Source: Mobula hypostoma (lineage: Eukaryota). Taken from it: a DNA stretch of 64,000 nucleotides. Below are positions 26,611 to 39,866 of this stretch, piece by piece. The stretch is from assembly GCF_963921235.1 (NCBI RefSeq), contig NC_086097.1, forward strand, positions 37,636,001-37,700,000. The letters run 5' to 3'. Below the pieces are notes generated by a model that did not search any database, was not told where the DNA came from, and was given only the letters and a program-made list of their open reading frames with translations. The stretch's first letter is position 1. Every line of letters starts with the position of its first letter. Both the position numbers and the translations under genes were made by a program.

Positions 26611-27786
26611 CTGTTTTGAAGGTGGAAGAAAAATACTATCAGTCATACAAATAAATAAGCAAGATATACCCTAAATCACTTACTAAAGGTAGATCTTGTG
26701 GCAAAATTTATAAATATATCCCACTATTCAGTTTTCCTGCAGATTTAAAAGTAAACATGGTGACAGCCAGCATTCAGCTGCAACACAAGGAGTATATTTG
26801 CTGCTCGGCTCTTGGACAAACAGTTTCAAAATAATCACTACAAGAATCAGTTTGGAAATACAATTAGTTGAAAAGATTTCTCATATTTAATGAACAAAGT
26901 GAATAACCTTATCAAAATTCAGCTCTTTACCTGTGGAAAAAAAACCTTGAATAATATTTCAAAGTAAATGCACGTTGCTTTTAGTACATGTCATTCTTCT
27001 CTCAAATTCTGCAAATCAAAAATTTGCTTTCTGACCAGTGATTTCATAGGAATTTGTATTCCAGTTCACCTTTTATTTACAATATAACTAAATTAAATTG
27101 CTGCACTGAAAGAACATTCTATAACATATAGATAGTCCATATATCATAGAAGCATAATTAGACAATTCAGCCCATTGAGCCTGCTCCATCATTCCGCTGT
27201 GGCTGATTTATTATCCATCTCAACCCCATTCTTCTGCCTTCTCACCATAATCTTCGATGCCTTTACTAATCAAAAACTTATCAACCTCCACTATAAATAC
27301 ACCCAGTGGCAATGAATAGCCCTGGATGATTCACCTCGTTTTTCTATCCTCACTTGTGCAAGAATCCTCCAGAATAATTCAAAAACCTATCTTGTTAGTT
27401 TAAAAGCACGTCCCTTCCCCACAATTTATATATCGAGTCGCCCAGATCTCAAGGCCATTAGAAAAGCATGTCCATACTATCAATATAGCACATCTTTAGG
27501 ACTTTACACTTAGGTTACAAATTTTGTCACCAGATCCACCTGTATTTGTTGATTTTAGCAAGATCAGCGGCATTTCAATGTTATTCCAACAGAATAACAT
27601 TTCTTTCTTAAAAACTCACAAACCCATAAATAATTTCATGATGCTATGCAAACAATAATACAATTTTGCAGAAGGCACATGAAGGAAGATGCATCTACAA
27701 TTATCTCCAGAATGTAAAGACAATTCAGACAGCAGGAACACAATAGTCCCTGCAGTATATCTAATTGCTAGTCACTCTCAAGGCAT

Positions 27787-28005
27787 ACAACAGGAATTCT
27801 GCAGATGCTGAAAATTCAAGCAACACACATCAAAGTTGCTGGTGAACGCAGCAGGCCAAGCAGCATCTATAGGAAGAGGCGCAGTCGACGTTTCAGGCCG
27901 AGACCCTTCGTCAGGACGAAGGGTCTCGGCCTGAAACGTCGACTGCGCCTCTTCCTATAGATGCTGCTTGGCCTGCTGCGTTCACCAGCAACTTTGATGT
28001 GTGTT
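27787..28005. mobile_element. Fold-back Penelope-like element remnant: perfect inverted repeat with 91-bp arms and a 13-bp target-site duplication
   Basis: Arms 27822-27912 and 27915-28005 are exact reverse complements around a 2-nt AG spacer. ACTCTCAAGGCAT at 27774-27786 and 28006-28018. Same sequence as the tail of the GIY-YIG element at 40.2-41.2 kb. Confidence 0.93.
27884..27917 (-). ncRNA. Minimal type-I hammerhead ribozyme motif (PLE-associated)
   Basis: Minus strand gtc-CTGACGA-agg gtctcgg cct-GAAA-c-GTC-gac: stem I, core CUGANGA, stem II, GAAA, vestigial stem III, GUC cleavage triplet. Confidence 0.75.
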
Positions 28006-28363
28006 ACTCTCAAGGCATGATGGAATTCAGTACTGAAAATTAACAATATATGCTTTTGAAGACCATTTTTGTCAGGTTACTATCATCATAGAGGATATAC
28101 AGGAGCCTGAAGACCAACATTCAACGACTTAGGAACAGTTCCTTCACCTTGCTATCAGATTTCTGAATGGTCCTTGAACCATTCTTGTTATTTCTTTTTT
28201 CACTATTTATTTTTGTAATTTATAGATTTTTATGCCTTGCACTGCAGCTGCAAAACAACAAATTTCAAGTCATATGACAGCGATGATAAGTCTAATTCTA
28301 ATATGTTAAAGGATAACAGAAAATGATCAAATATAATAAAACTGGAAAGCATATTCAATATAC

Positions 28364-29200
28364 CTTGTACAGGCATGTGTCAACAATCTGGTTACAAACT
28401 TTTTCAAGGTCATCACTAACTTCTAGTCTGGATTTAACAAATTCACAGATCTCTTCGTTCCCCATGACATCCCAAATCCCATCACATGCTAGGATAATAA
28501 ACTGGTCATCGTCTGTTCTTTCGATTTCATAAACTTCAGGTTCTGGTGAGACAAGCTGCTCTGTTGGTCCCTTCCCATGCACACACTTGTAGTCAAAGTC
28601 TCCAAGAGCTCTTGAAACAGCAAGGGAACCATTCACACGCTGAATCATCACTGAGCCACCAGCATTCTGGATGCGCTCTTTTTCCAGTGGATTACTTGGT
28701 TTGTGATCCTGTGTAAAGAAATGAACCTGCCCATTCCTACAGAGCAATCCTCGTGAGTCTCCACAGTTGATGAAGTAAATATGCTTGGGTGAAACCATGA
28801 CTCCCACCGCTGTTGACCCACTTCTGTCTGAACCATGCCTTTTCTCAGAGATTGTTCGCATATGCTCATCTATCTGCAGAAATCCTGTACGAATTCCATT
28901 CTTTACTTTTTCCACAGAAGGCTCTGTCAGATCATCAGCGATTTTGAAATCTTGGGTGCTAGTGATGTGATCCAACAAATGTTCACAGCAATATTTAGCA
29001 ACTTGGGATCCGGCATGCCCGTCATAGACGGCAAAGAATGACCATGCATCAAGTCCATGTGGCAGGCCAATAACTGCTGTGTGCGCATCTTCCATCTCAA
29101 TTCGCCAGCCTTGCATGCTGCTCAGTCCATAATGTAGATTGTTTCCCTCACCACGAGCATTATGTTTTTCCATCTTTGGTTTATCTAGAAAAGCTCCCAT
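28364..29200 (-). CDS. PPM1A: PPM1A (PP2C-alpha, Mg2+/Mn2+-dependent Ser/Thr phosphatase) first coding exon (exon 2), codons 1-279
   Basis: [14 protein letters not shown] start (Gly2 myristoylation-type), [42 protein letters not shown] and LACDGIWDV motifs. Acceptor (tttctttcAG) at 29226-29225, so the exon starts at 29224. Donor AAG|GTatat at 28363-28362. Called PPM1A rather than PPM1B from the C-terminal exons and the DHRS7 neighbour. Confidence 0.97.
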
Positions 29201-30349
29201 TTTTTTTCCACAAGATGCTCAGCACTGAAAGAAAAAGTAAACAAACTTTTTAAAAAAAAATCTTCTGGCTATTCAATTTACTTAAAATTAAAATAGTGTG
29301 TATGTAATTCCTGTTACAGATTCAGGTGGTGAACATTTAACACATACAATTCCAAAGCAGTGTTAAACTTAACAACCTTCCCACTTTATTAGTTTGTGAG
29401 TTTATTCAAATAGTATGGAGAATAATTCTGATCCACCTTCCATCCCTAAGGACATACAATGAAAGAAAAGCAAACATAAAGCTGTTGTTATTATAAGCTT
29501 GCCACTGGATCACCAATGTTATGGAGCTTATTCAGCTTACTGATGCCCTGTTATAAGTAAAAGCAAATGTAAGCCAAGCTTTGTGTTCCTTTGTTTATGT
29601 GAACTACTAGCACTGTATTCTGAATTGTTCTTAATAGTTTACAATGCTGATAAATGTGTCATATTTTCATCATTTTTTAAATTGACAAAAAACATTTGAA
29701 TTTGAATTAATTATATATTTTAACCCTGGATGTGGGAGAAAACAATGTGGTGTTTTTTTTAAAAAGGTTAGCTGCCTATCTCAACAGGAAGCTGTTTTCT
29801 GTCATTCATTTCCTCCTCCTGCGACAAATGTTATGTCATTACAAGACTATAACATCAATTAGTTGGGTTTTTTCCTTGACTATTTTGTAAACAATTGTTG
29901 TAAATGACCACTCACCCAATCACCCGATGGTCCAAGAGGATTTGCCTGAACTTTTACAAACCCAATAGTCAGCAAAGAAATTAAATTAGCAAGATAATAC
30001 AAAGTAACCCATTAACAGCGGCCCTCTCATGGTTAATATAGCTACCAAATAATTGCACAACCAAATATTCTGACCGGGGTGCTATTACTGAAGCCATCTT
30101 GGTGACTTTAGTTTTAACTTTCATGACAAACTTACTGGTGTCCTGAGAATTAAGAGTAAGGCTAGAAAAAAAAGTGCATCAAGGAAATGCACAAAACTGG
30201 GTTAAGGAAATACTCATGCATACCTGTTTGCCTAAACCAGTTTTTCATGCTGTGCCTGCACATTATTAATCTCTTTGGTGACAATTTTTACATGGCTAAT
30301 AATCAAACAAAGGACAGCGAGAGCTTCTATGTATATGTTTTCAAAGGAA

Positions 30350-32130
30350 GCAGTAACAGAATGCTAATGTTGGTCCCTTCCAGACTGAGACAGGAATGAG
30401 GAATGAAGCAAATGCAGAAATGTTAAACAAATGCTTTGTATATCCTAAAGTAGCACACAAAGAACCCCTCAGAAATAGTACAGACCACTGATCTAAAGTG
30501 AACAAGTAGAGGTAGAAAAGTTGCATTTTGTCCAAAAAACTAGCAGCAGAAAATCAATGGGATTGAAAGACATTAAACCCTAATGATGTGAATGTTACGA
30601 TTTTGAAAGAGATGGCTATAGAAAATAAGCAACTATGCACAGTTGTCTGAACATAAAGAGGAAATGCTAGAATCTATTATTCAGGAATAGGCCAAGAGGC
30701 CAAAGAGAAAAAATAACTTAACAGAGCACAGTACACATGTAAAACTGGGAAATCATTATTCATGAATCTGTTAAAAGTTTCCTTTCAGGGTCTAACTCGT
30801 AGGATACGATGGACCAAAAATTTGAAAAGATATGAACTTAAGAGGTAAGTGGCAATGCAGTATAAGAAAAATCAGCCATTATCTTTTGGATTTTGAGAAG
30901 GCTTTAAATAGATACGAGAAATTATTAACCAAAATGAAGCACATGAAATTAATAAGAAATTACTTGCATAGATTAGTTTGCTGTAAGAAAGCAAGAAAAA
31001 TTAATCATTTTTTAATTTACAAGCCTGTGACTTTGGGATGCCAAGGGATCAGTACTGGGTCCCCACCTGTCCACAATGAATATCAATGATTTGATTAAGA
31101 GGATAAAATGCAATATATCAAAAGTTGCTGACACAAGAATAAATAGTGAAATGCATTCCAGAGGATGCCTGGAGATTTCAGGGAGAAATAAGAGGTTAAA
31201 TGAATGGGTGGGAATATAAACCAAAAATGTTAATCACCTACTATACTTAAATAAAATTGGAAAAGCAGAGCACCGCATGAATGGTGAAAGATTAAAGTGT
31301 GTCGGTATTAAGGGGAATCCAGTTGTCGCTGTGCATTGAATCAATTTTAATTAACATGGAGGTGCAAAAAGCAAACAGGAAGGCAAACAACATACTGGGC
31401 CTTAATTCAAGAGGAATTAATACAAGACTAAGGGTGTCTTAATGCAAAATTGCATACCAATTGAATTTCCCAATGTGGGAAGAGATAAATTTGTGATTGG
31501 AAGTGTACAATGCAAGTTCACTAGATTGTTGTGAGAAGGATCATTTTAAAAGGAGATATTAAGAAAACTGGACCTACATTCTTCAGTAAGAACAAAGGGT
31601 GATCTCACTGAAATATAAATGTTATCAGCTTGACACATATGATGCAGGGATAGTGTTCAAAGTAAATTATCAAAGTATTATACTATATGTTACCATATAC
31701 TACCTCGAGATTCATTTTCTTGCAGGCATTTACAGGGATAAAATAAACACAATAGAATTCTATGAAAAACTACACATAGAAAAAGACTGACAAAGAACCA
31801 ATGTACCAAAAAACCAACTGCAATAAATATTGAGAGCATGAGCTGCAGTCTTTGAAAGTGAGTTTCTAGGTTGAAGAATCAGTTCAGATTAATGGTGAAT
31901 TATCAACAGTTCAGGGGCCTGATGTTTGTAGGGTAATAACTTTTGCTGAGCCTGGTGATGTGGGAACTAAGGCTTCTGTACCTCCTGTCCAATGGTAGTA
32001 GCGAGAAGAAGACATGGTTTTTCATGATATAAATTGCTTTCTTGTGGCAGTGTTCCATGTAAATGTACCGTGCTGGGAAGTGCTTTGTCTGTGATGGATT
32101 GGGCTGTATCTACTACTTTCTTCGGCCTTT
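30350..32130. mobile_element. Ancient CR1 remnant (+, to ~31650) followed by a Rex-like 3' end (-)
   Basis: Degenerate LDFEKA and QGSVLG-like motifs. 31655-32130 resembles 42780-43500. Confidence 0.6.
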
Positions 32131-33699
32131 TCTGTTGCTCGGTGTGACTAAGGGTAACAGTCTCAGACACTCAAGAGCAGACGTGAAAATAAATTTCACA
32201 TCTAAGCAGGAACTTCTATGTGAGAGGGCTCATCACATAGTATATTCAGACAGAGATCAACAGACTTTGTAATATCTTTGAAGAAACTGGCAGTTCGTCA
32301 AAAAACAGCTATGACCTTACCTGGCAGAGCAGACACATGAAGCAGGTTTGCCTGTACCCACTTCTATTTCTTAATTTATTCTTTTCAACTGAATGGTTTT
32401 ATAACAATAATGTAAACTAAATAAATTGCTGTCCATAATAATGACAACTCCTAAATTACAACAGTCCTTGTTTGTTTTCCTAGAAAATGGTCCATATTGT
32501 GAGTTTCTATAATGCAAATTGTGGGTTTCCATGATGTAAGCTGTCTCAACAGTACATGCATTGAGGCGCAATATGAAAAACGTAAGTTTCTTTGCAACAT
32601 AAATTCAGTGAGACAATATTCATTTTACATCTCAAAGTTTAGGATAATGATTTGTTAATTCTCGGAGGGCAAATATCCGTCACCTAAACAATCATAATAT
32701 AGGGCACACTGTATTGTTAAGAGATGATTCAAATCTACAAATGTCTCTGAGAACATAATGTACTGTGAACATGAAAGAGAAATTGCACTAAACATCTTAA
32801 TAATATTTAACATTAGAACATACATCTCTTTTCACAATTTCAGGATATCCAAAGCATTTTATAGTTACTTTTGAAAAACAATCACTTTTATAATGCAAGG
32901 AAATACAGCAGCAAATTTATTGACTCCTGGATCGTCCAGCTTCTTGGTTTCCGCCCACTTTCCAAAGATGTACATTTAATGTTAGTAAGTTTGTGGCATG
33001 TTATGTTGGCACTGGAAGCATGACGACACTTGTAATCTGTCCCCAGCACAATCCTCACTGATTTGTTTAGTTTCATTTCCACAGACAAGATGGAATCAAA
33101 TGCCAAAAAAGTTTGAGGCCAGCGCTTAGGCACTGCAAACAGGGCAATTGCTTCACATCTCCAGTGATCCAGGTTCATTTCTGACCTCCAATGAAATTTT
33201 CATATTCTCCCTGCAACTATACAAGTTTCCCTGACTGTTGTTGTTAGGCTTCTAGTACTGTATTTTGCCACTTCTCTCCTTCCTTTTTAAAATAATGGGA
33301 TCACATTTGCTAACTTCCAATATGCCAGAACTAATTTCCTTAGTTTTGCATTCTGTAGCATTTTGATCAGTTTTTATCTTTTTCTGTGAAGATCAACACT
33401 AAGTATTTGTTTAATGTCTTTATCATTTCCTTTCTCCCCAGTATTTCACAGTACATCACAAATCTACAATCTCTACCAGCTGAAGGAAAGCAACCAACAT
33501 ACAACAGTACAACTCATTTCCCTATCCATATTACTGCCTGACTTGGACTTCGCAATTTCTTCACCATAGCTGGGGAAAAATCTTGAACATTCCTAGTCAT
33601 TTTACTTCCTATACACACAAGTGTATGGCCAGATTTTGCTCTAACTAATGGGTTTGCAGTTACATGTGAGCTGCATCTCATGTAACTATGAGTACAGGA

Positions 33700-35590
33700 G
33701 GGAGAAAAATAGCCAAGTGACATGCTGTCATGACAGCAACCTTTCCCTCAATTTCAATAAAACAAAAGAGCTGGTCATTGACTACAGGAAAGGGGTTGGT
33801 GTACATGTTTCTGTTTACATCAACAATAATGAGGACAAGAGGATTGGGAGTTTAGGCTGATGGAATTTGACATGTCCCCTCTGACAATGACTTATTTTTA
33901 TCAATGCACCATAAAAAGCATCCTAGCCAAATGCATCATGGCTTGGTATGCCAACTGCTCTGCTCATGATTGCAAGAGACTGCAGAATTGTGAACACAGC
34001 TCAGCATATTACAGAAACCAGTCTTCCTTCCATGGACTCCAGACTACCCTGCTCACTGCCTTGGTAATGCAGCCAACATAACCAAAGACCCCACCCAGTC
34101 TGGACATTCTCTCATTTCCCCCTCCCATTGGGCAGAAGTTACAAGAGCCTGAAAGCATTAAGCACAAGGACAGCTTCTATCCCACTGTTAATGATTATTG
34201 AACAGATGCCTACAATATGATGCACTCTTGACCACACAATTTATCTCTTCATGACCTTGCACCTGACTATCTACCTGCACTGCACTTTCTCTGTAACTGC
34301 AACACACTGTATTCTGCACCATCAGTGTAATGACTTGATCTGTGGAAATTGTATCCCAATTAAGTAGCAAAGTTATAAAAATCCTGGTTTAAGACAAAGG
34401 TTCAACGCCAACTGGTCAAGAGCTTTATGAGTAGGCAGGCAATAAATGTTTGCCCCAGCTAGTCAGTAAATAACTCATCCAATGCTTAAACAGCATACTT
34501 TTAAAGTGATAAGACTTGTAGAGAGAGACAGAGATGCATCGAGAAACAGCTGGAAACAAATATACATATATTTAGGATGGAGCCACAAGAGACCTTGGAT
34601 GCTGATATCTGGAGCAAAAAAAACAAACTGTTGGAGGCACTCAATGGATCAAGCAGCATCTGTGGAGGAAAATAGACGGGGGGGGTGATCTTTCAGGTTA
34701 AAACTCTTCACATTGCAAAACTAGGCAAAAGGTCAACCAAAATTTGAAAAGCTGAAGGCTTAATTCCAGTGCTTAAAAATAGGAAAAATAAGATCTCAGG
34801 CATCAAAGATTGATAGAGTTCCACTTTTCAATTCTAAATTAAATAACATTGTAGTAGGGCCCAAAATGTTGTGGGAACAGAAAGATCTTGGAGTTCAGGT
34901 ACATGTGGCTCCCTGAAAGTGGGCAGTGAAGAAGGCTTTTGTCAAACTGGCCTTCATCAGTCAGGACAGTGACTTGATACATTTGTGAGACAGCACTTTG
35001 AAATCAATTATGGTCACCCTGCTCCAAGAAAGATGTTATTAAACTGGAAAGAGGACAGAAAAGATTCACCAAGATATTACCAGGAGTCGAGCGACTGAAC
35101 TAAAAGCAACTGATCAGACAGGCTGGCACTTTTTTCCCCCATGGAACATAGGAGACTGTCCAATCTTATTGACGTGCATAAAATCATGAGGGAGGTATAT
35201 AGGTTGAATGCACTCAGTCTTTCCCCTCAGGGTTTGAGAAATCAAGAACCACAAGGTATAAGTTTAAGGTGAGAGGGAAAAGACTTAATAGAAACTCAAG
35301 GGATAACTTTTTTTTAAACACATGTAGAATGAACTGCCAGAGGAAGTGGTTGAGACAGGTACAATTACAACTTTTAAAAGACAGTTGGCCAGGTTCATGG
35401 TTTAGAAGAGGAGCTTCCAACCTGGGGTCCAAGGACCCTTGGGTTAGTGGTAGGGGTCCATGACATAAAAAAGGTTGGGAACTCCGGTTTAGAAGGTAAT
35501 AAGCCAAATGCTGACAAATAGACTAGCTCAGATAGGCATCTTGGCCAGCACAGACCAGTTGGGCAAAAGGCCTGTTTCCATGCTGTGCTA
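33700..35590 (+). mobile_element. Cluster of Rex-like (33700-34340), PLE-tail (~34590-34715) and CR1 (34860-35590) remnants
   Basis: NLSLNFNKTKELVIDYRK; IKSILAKCIMAWYANC; CR1 tail ggcctgtttccatgctgt. Confidence 0.7.
35408..35486. mobile_element. Second copy of the 80-bp hAT-type MITE, inserted in a CR1 tail
   Basis: Same body as 41191-41270. TSD GTTTAGAA at 35400-35407 and 35487-35494. Confidence 0.8.
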
Positions 35591-35674
35591 AAACAAATGC
35601 AGAAATGGAAACAATTAATTTGAAAAAGTGGGTAGTATTCAGATTAATCCTTCTAATCCATGATATGCAAAACC

Positions 35675-35788
35675 AAGCAACACACATCAAAGTTGCTGGT
35701 GAACGCAGCAGGCCAGGCAGCATCTCTAGGAAGAGGTACAGTCGACGTTTCAGGCCGAGACCCTTTGTCAGGACTAACTGAAGGAAGA
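35675..35788 (-). mobile_element. PLE tail with mutated hammerhead core (CTGACAA)
   Basis: Near-identical to 40217-40328 but with G-to-A in the core. Confidence 0.85.
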
Positions 35789-38059
35789 ATTGCTGCCAAA
35801 ATGGAAAAATATACTAAGTTATAATTAAACTTATTCACTTTGTTAAATATCACAAAAAACATAGAGTAAGATTTAAACACAGAAAATGCTGCATTCAACA
35901 GCTCAAGCAGCATTTGCAGAAGCAAAAGTTAATATTCCAAATTCAAGATCCAGTATTACCTGAAACATTAATTATTTCTCTTTCCACAGATGTTACCAGA
36001 TCTGCTGAGTGCTTACAGCAGTATCTTTTTTTTTATATTTATGATTTCTAGCATCTGCAGTTATCTGAAATAACCACTCCACAATAATTTTTAGAGAATT
36101 GCCCAATAAAAAACTTCCTGAAAGGATTCTACCTCATTTTTCCAGTTTCTCTCTCTTCGTTGCATTTTTTCAGATGGTGCCAACTTTTACTGTAACAACT
36201 ATTGAATCAGATCTTTTTCCTTAGCCATGGATTCAATTCTGCCATTTACCACATTTTACCTTCACCCCAATCATACTCCTGAGACCCCAACAATGTTCTT
36301 CTTACTTTTGCTGCTGTTGTCAACATTCATAATCAACAGAATCTCTGCAATTTCTACTGCTGTCATTAAGCATCATTCGTGTCCCCTTTTAATACTCTGA
36401 CAGAATGTTTCCCTTAATGACACTCATCAAGTCCTCAACTATTTCAATATGCTTCCTCACTGCCTAGATGCCTAACATCTCAATTCAACAGCAATTAACC
36501 TCTGTTTTCTTTCAAATTAAACAAATTATGCCCTCTTCACGATGTGGTTTGCTTTACGCTGGGAATAACAAAATACAGATTTCATGACTAATTTGTAGAA
36601 TGCTTCCACCAAAGCCACAGGCATGACCGCAAGTTTCAGATCATTTAATTTACTACCCCAAACTCAGTCTATATTTCTGTTCTCAACTCCTTTGTCATTC
36701 AAAGCAGTGCACATTTGAAACACGCTGATTATAAGTTTTGGTAGTCTTCTGCATACAGCATTGAGTTCAGAGCTTGAATCATAGTCATTATTCCTAGCCC
36801 ACCCCCCCCAAAAAATCTGATATTGTATTTCACATCTTTACACTTATGTTTATATCAGCACCCTTCCCTTCTGCTCATCATCAATATCCATTATGTCGTT
36901 TAACCACTCTGGTCTTCCACATACTTAAAGATGGTTACATCTTTATCTAGTATTGGTCTTAAACATTTGCTTTGTATTTCCACAGCTGCAACCTGGCTTG
37001 ATTATTTATAACATTTTTACTATTTTGACTAAATATTCTGGAGTGTTTCTGTAGTCTGGGAACATACCTCTAGGCCACATGAAGTTCCTTTTGCAGTTTT
37101 GATTGTACAGTACATTTCCAATTTGTGGGGTTTTTAAAAAATAGTTAAGATATGGAAATTGGGGGAAGATATTGGTGGTAGCATTTTTATTCCATGAGTA
37201 TCATTTTATATAATCTATCCTAACCTCTGATATATTTATAAGAAATTAGAAAATATATTTCTATAATTTAACAAAGTAGAGCTGTAATTTAGCATATGGA
37301 ATTACATCAAACTAATGTTAGTTCATACTTCTGCTCACAACTGAAATTGTTACACAATATCTATTATCATTAACCATATATTTAATCCCCTGCTAGGCAG
37401 TTCTAACAACATGAATGCCATTCCTAATTATTTCATAAAGACAGCTTCTTCGGCAGGTCCTCTGGGTCAAGGCTGATTTGCTCCTCCACCTATGGGTGTT
37501 GAGGTGGTTGAGGAAATCTGCAGATTCCGTCATATGTTTAATAAATGAAATTTTGTATACAGGTATTTGATAGTTTTGGTAAAGTAACTATTAAAAAAAC
37601 CTAAAACATCTAAAATATAATCTGAAGACATTGAAAACTGTGGAACGAGAAAAAATGTTTTCTTTTCAATACAGATATACGGTCTACAACCTGAAAAGTT
37701 GATTGCTTATCCTTCCACAGATGCCGCCTAACGTTTTAAGCTTTTTCAGCATTTTCTAACATCTTCTACGTTCTGTTGTACAGATCAAGGGCAATCGCTC
37801 TCACTTAGTTTAATCCCAATAAAGATGCGGATACATTACTGTAATACAGAAAGTACACACCCATGGAACGCCCTTTTGATTTGATCGAGGCTAATATACA
37901 GGAAGGGCACCTTTAAGGCAAAGTCGATGCTTTTTAAAAAAAAACGAGCTCTGCGAGGTTATAAAGATCCAAAGCTCATCTGATCAGACAGGGAAAAAAA
38001 AACACAATTGAAGTAACTATCTCTGCCCCACAATTTCAACGTAGAGGCCTGTATCTTGA

Positions 38060-38460
38060 CATGGCGCCCTCTGCCTCGCCGCGGCTCCGAAGTAGCTGGA
38101 GGCCGCGACTCATGGCGCACACACGGAGCTCGGGGCCGATACTCACCTCTACTCCCCAGGCAGGCGGCGACGCGTACTTCGGAGGGTCACCTCGCGGCAG
38201 TTACCGACCCGCGGGGGCGAGAAGCAGCCCAGGCATGCCGCGAGAGCGGCTGTGTTCCAGCAGCAGCTCCCACTGCCCGGCGACAACGGCGGCTGCGCCG
38301 AGCGAGCGAGCGAGCGACCGGCCACCGACCTGTGCCACAGCACCCGGATGTAAGAGGCACGGCAGGTCGCTCGAGCCAGCGGCAGTCTGTCAGAACTTGC
38401 TGTGCCTACATCTCCGTTTCCACCAGAAAGGCTTTACAGTACAATTCCGGAAGCATTCGT
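38060..38460 (-). promoter_or_regulatory. CpG-island promoter of PPM1A
   Basis: Sharp GC/CpG-rich island in an AT-rich background. ETS-like CCGGAT (~38343) and CCGGAAG (~38447) motifs, plus (GAGC)n. Confidence 0.8.
38147..38340 (-). other. PPM1A: PPM1A non-coding exon 1 (5' boundary approximate)
   Basis: Consensus donor GAG|GTGAGT at 38146-38141 on the minus strand inside the only strong CpG island. Exon 2 has an acceptor 24 nt before its ATG, so an upstream exon is required. Confidence 0.8.
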
Positions 38461-39730
38461 GCAAACATTTGTAAATATTAGCAATGTTCGTCACTAATCT
38501 AAATCAAATCTCCGAGTGGAAATTGGACAAGGCAGATGCTAGTTAGTGTACAGAACGAAGAATCTTTGTCGTAGGATGAAGGTTTACAAATGGGTTGAGA
38601 GGTTGTAAATCCTTGCAATTCCCTACTTCATATATATTCAAGACCAGGATCTATATTTTTTTGGGCACTCAGATAGGAAAGTAGAAACTATAGGATCACC
38701 AGATCTCGCCCACGATCAGGTAGCTCAATGTCCCGTTATTTTACCCTTCGGATTCTGGTTACTTTAGCTAAGCACAACTAAATGTTATTTTTAATTCAAA
38801 GGAGATTGTGGAGAAATGAAAGATAACGGGAGGGCATGGTCGGAGTTGAGCGTGGGATTGTGGCGATGGGGAGGGAGTAGTTTACAGGTCAATGAGCGCA
38901 TAAAATCAAAATCGCTGTCTTATAAACTCGTGGATTTTCGTAAGGTGTAATGAGGTCCACACTGCAGGATAAAACAATGTAAAGTTAGTGGTATCCTATG
39001 TTAGTCTGATTAGCTCTTTTAACTGACTTCAGCTGTTGTAACTTTTGACGATTCTGCACAGAAAGTCTGAACAAGGCCAGAAGTTAGTTAAATTCTTGTA
39101 GATTATGGGGTGAAAAGCCAAAGCTGAACAAATAGCAGGTGTAAGCTGAAAGGAAAATAAAATGATATAATAAACAAAAAAATTACAAAAGGTGGGAATT
39201 ACCCTTGATATCTTTGACTTACTGTATCTTAAGCAGATGTTAATAACCTGAGAGCAAAATATAAGGTGTTAAAAGGCAAATAGAAAGATCATCCCCAAGA
39301 TTGGTTCAGTTTATCGTAGTAATTTTGTAGTAAATTTCAAGTAATTTGTTGGAATTACTGACTCAAACTGTTTTTGAGGCCATTTGAGACTTTAATGATT
39401 TCATGATTGTGTTTAAGGAAAAGTATAAATAAATTTGGGAAGAAAGAGAAACAAACTTTCAGATTATTAGTGATGAATCTAAAATATCAACTCTGTTTTT
39501 TCCCTCCAAAGATGTAGCCTTATCTGCTAAGTATTTCCAGCATTTTCTATTTGCATTTGGGAGGGTTGAAGGATTCTGCAAAGGGTAAGAAGATGTTGGA
39601 ACTGGGGTGGTCATGTTTAAAAAAGCGAGGGATCAAGGTTAATTTTTCCTTACGGAAAATAAGGCAATGTAAGATTTGAAAGCAAATCTGAGCACACTTG
39701 ACAAGGAAGAATTATTAACTAAATATATCA

Positions 39731-39866
39731 AGTCCTGATGAAGGATCTCGGCCCAAAAATTCAACTGAACTCCTTTTCATAGATACTGCTTGGCCTGCTG
39801 AGTTCCTCCAGCATTTTGTGTGTGTTGCCTGGATTACCAGCATCTGCAGATTTACTTGTGTTTGTG
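39731..39866 (+). mobile_element. PLE tail with degenerate hammerhead
   Basis: agtcCTGATGAaggatctcggcccAAAA..., then gcctgctgagttcctccagcattttgtgtgtg. ATATCAA on both flanks. Confidence 0.8.

Noticed and set aside
28355..29200. 281-aa ORF as an intronless PP2C gene or retrocopy
   Set aside because: It lacks the GSRDN motif and has a donor at 28363. Downstream exons complete the protein in frame.
3654..29200. Assignment as PPM1B
   Set aside because: PKMEKHN, GGELASK, the 9-residue last exon and the DHRS7 neighbour all fit PPM1A.
38056..38481. Overlapping 141-aa and 137-aa ORFs as novel genes
   Set aside because: Non-ATG or weak starts and Arg/Ala/Pro-rich composition typical of stop-poor CpG islands. 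No recognisable domain.
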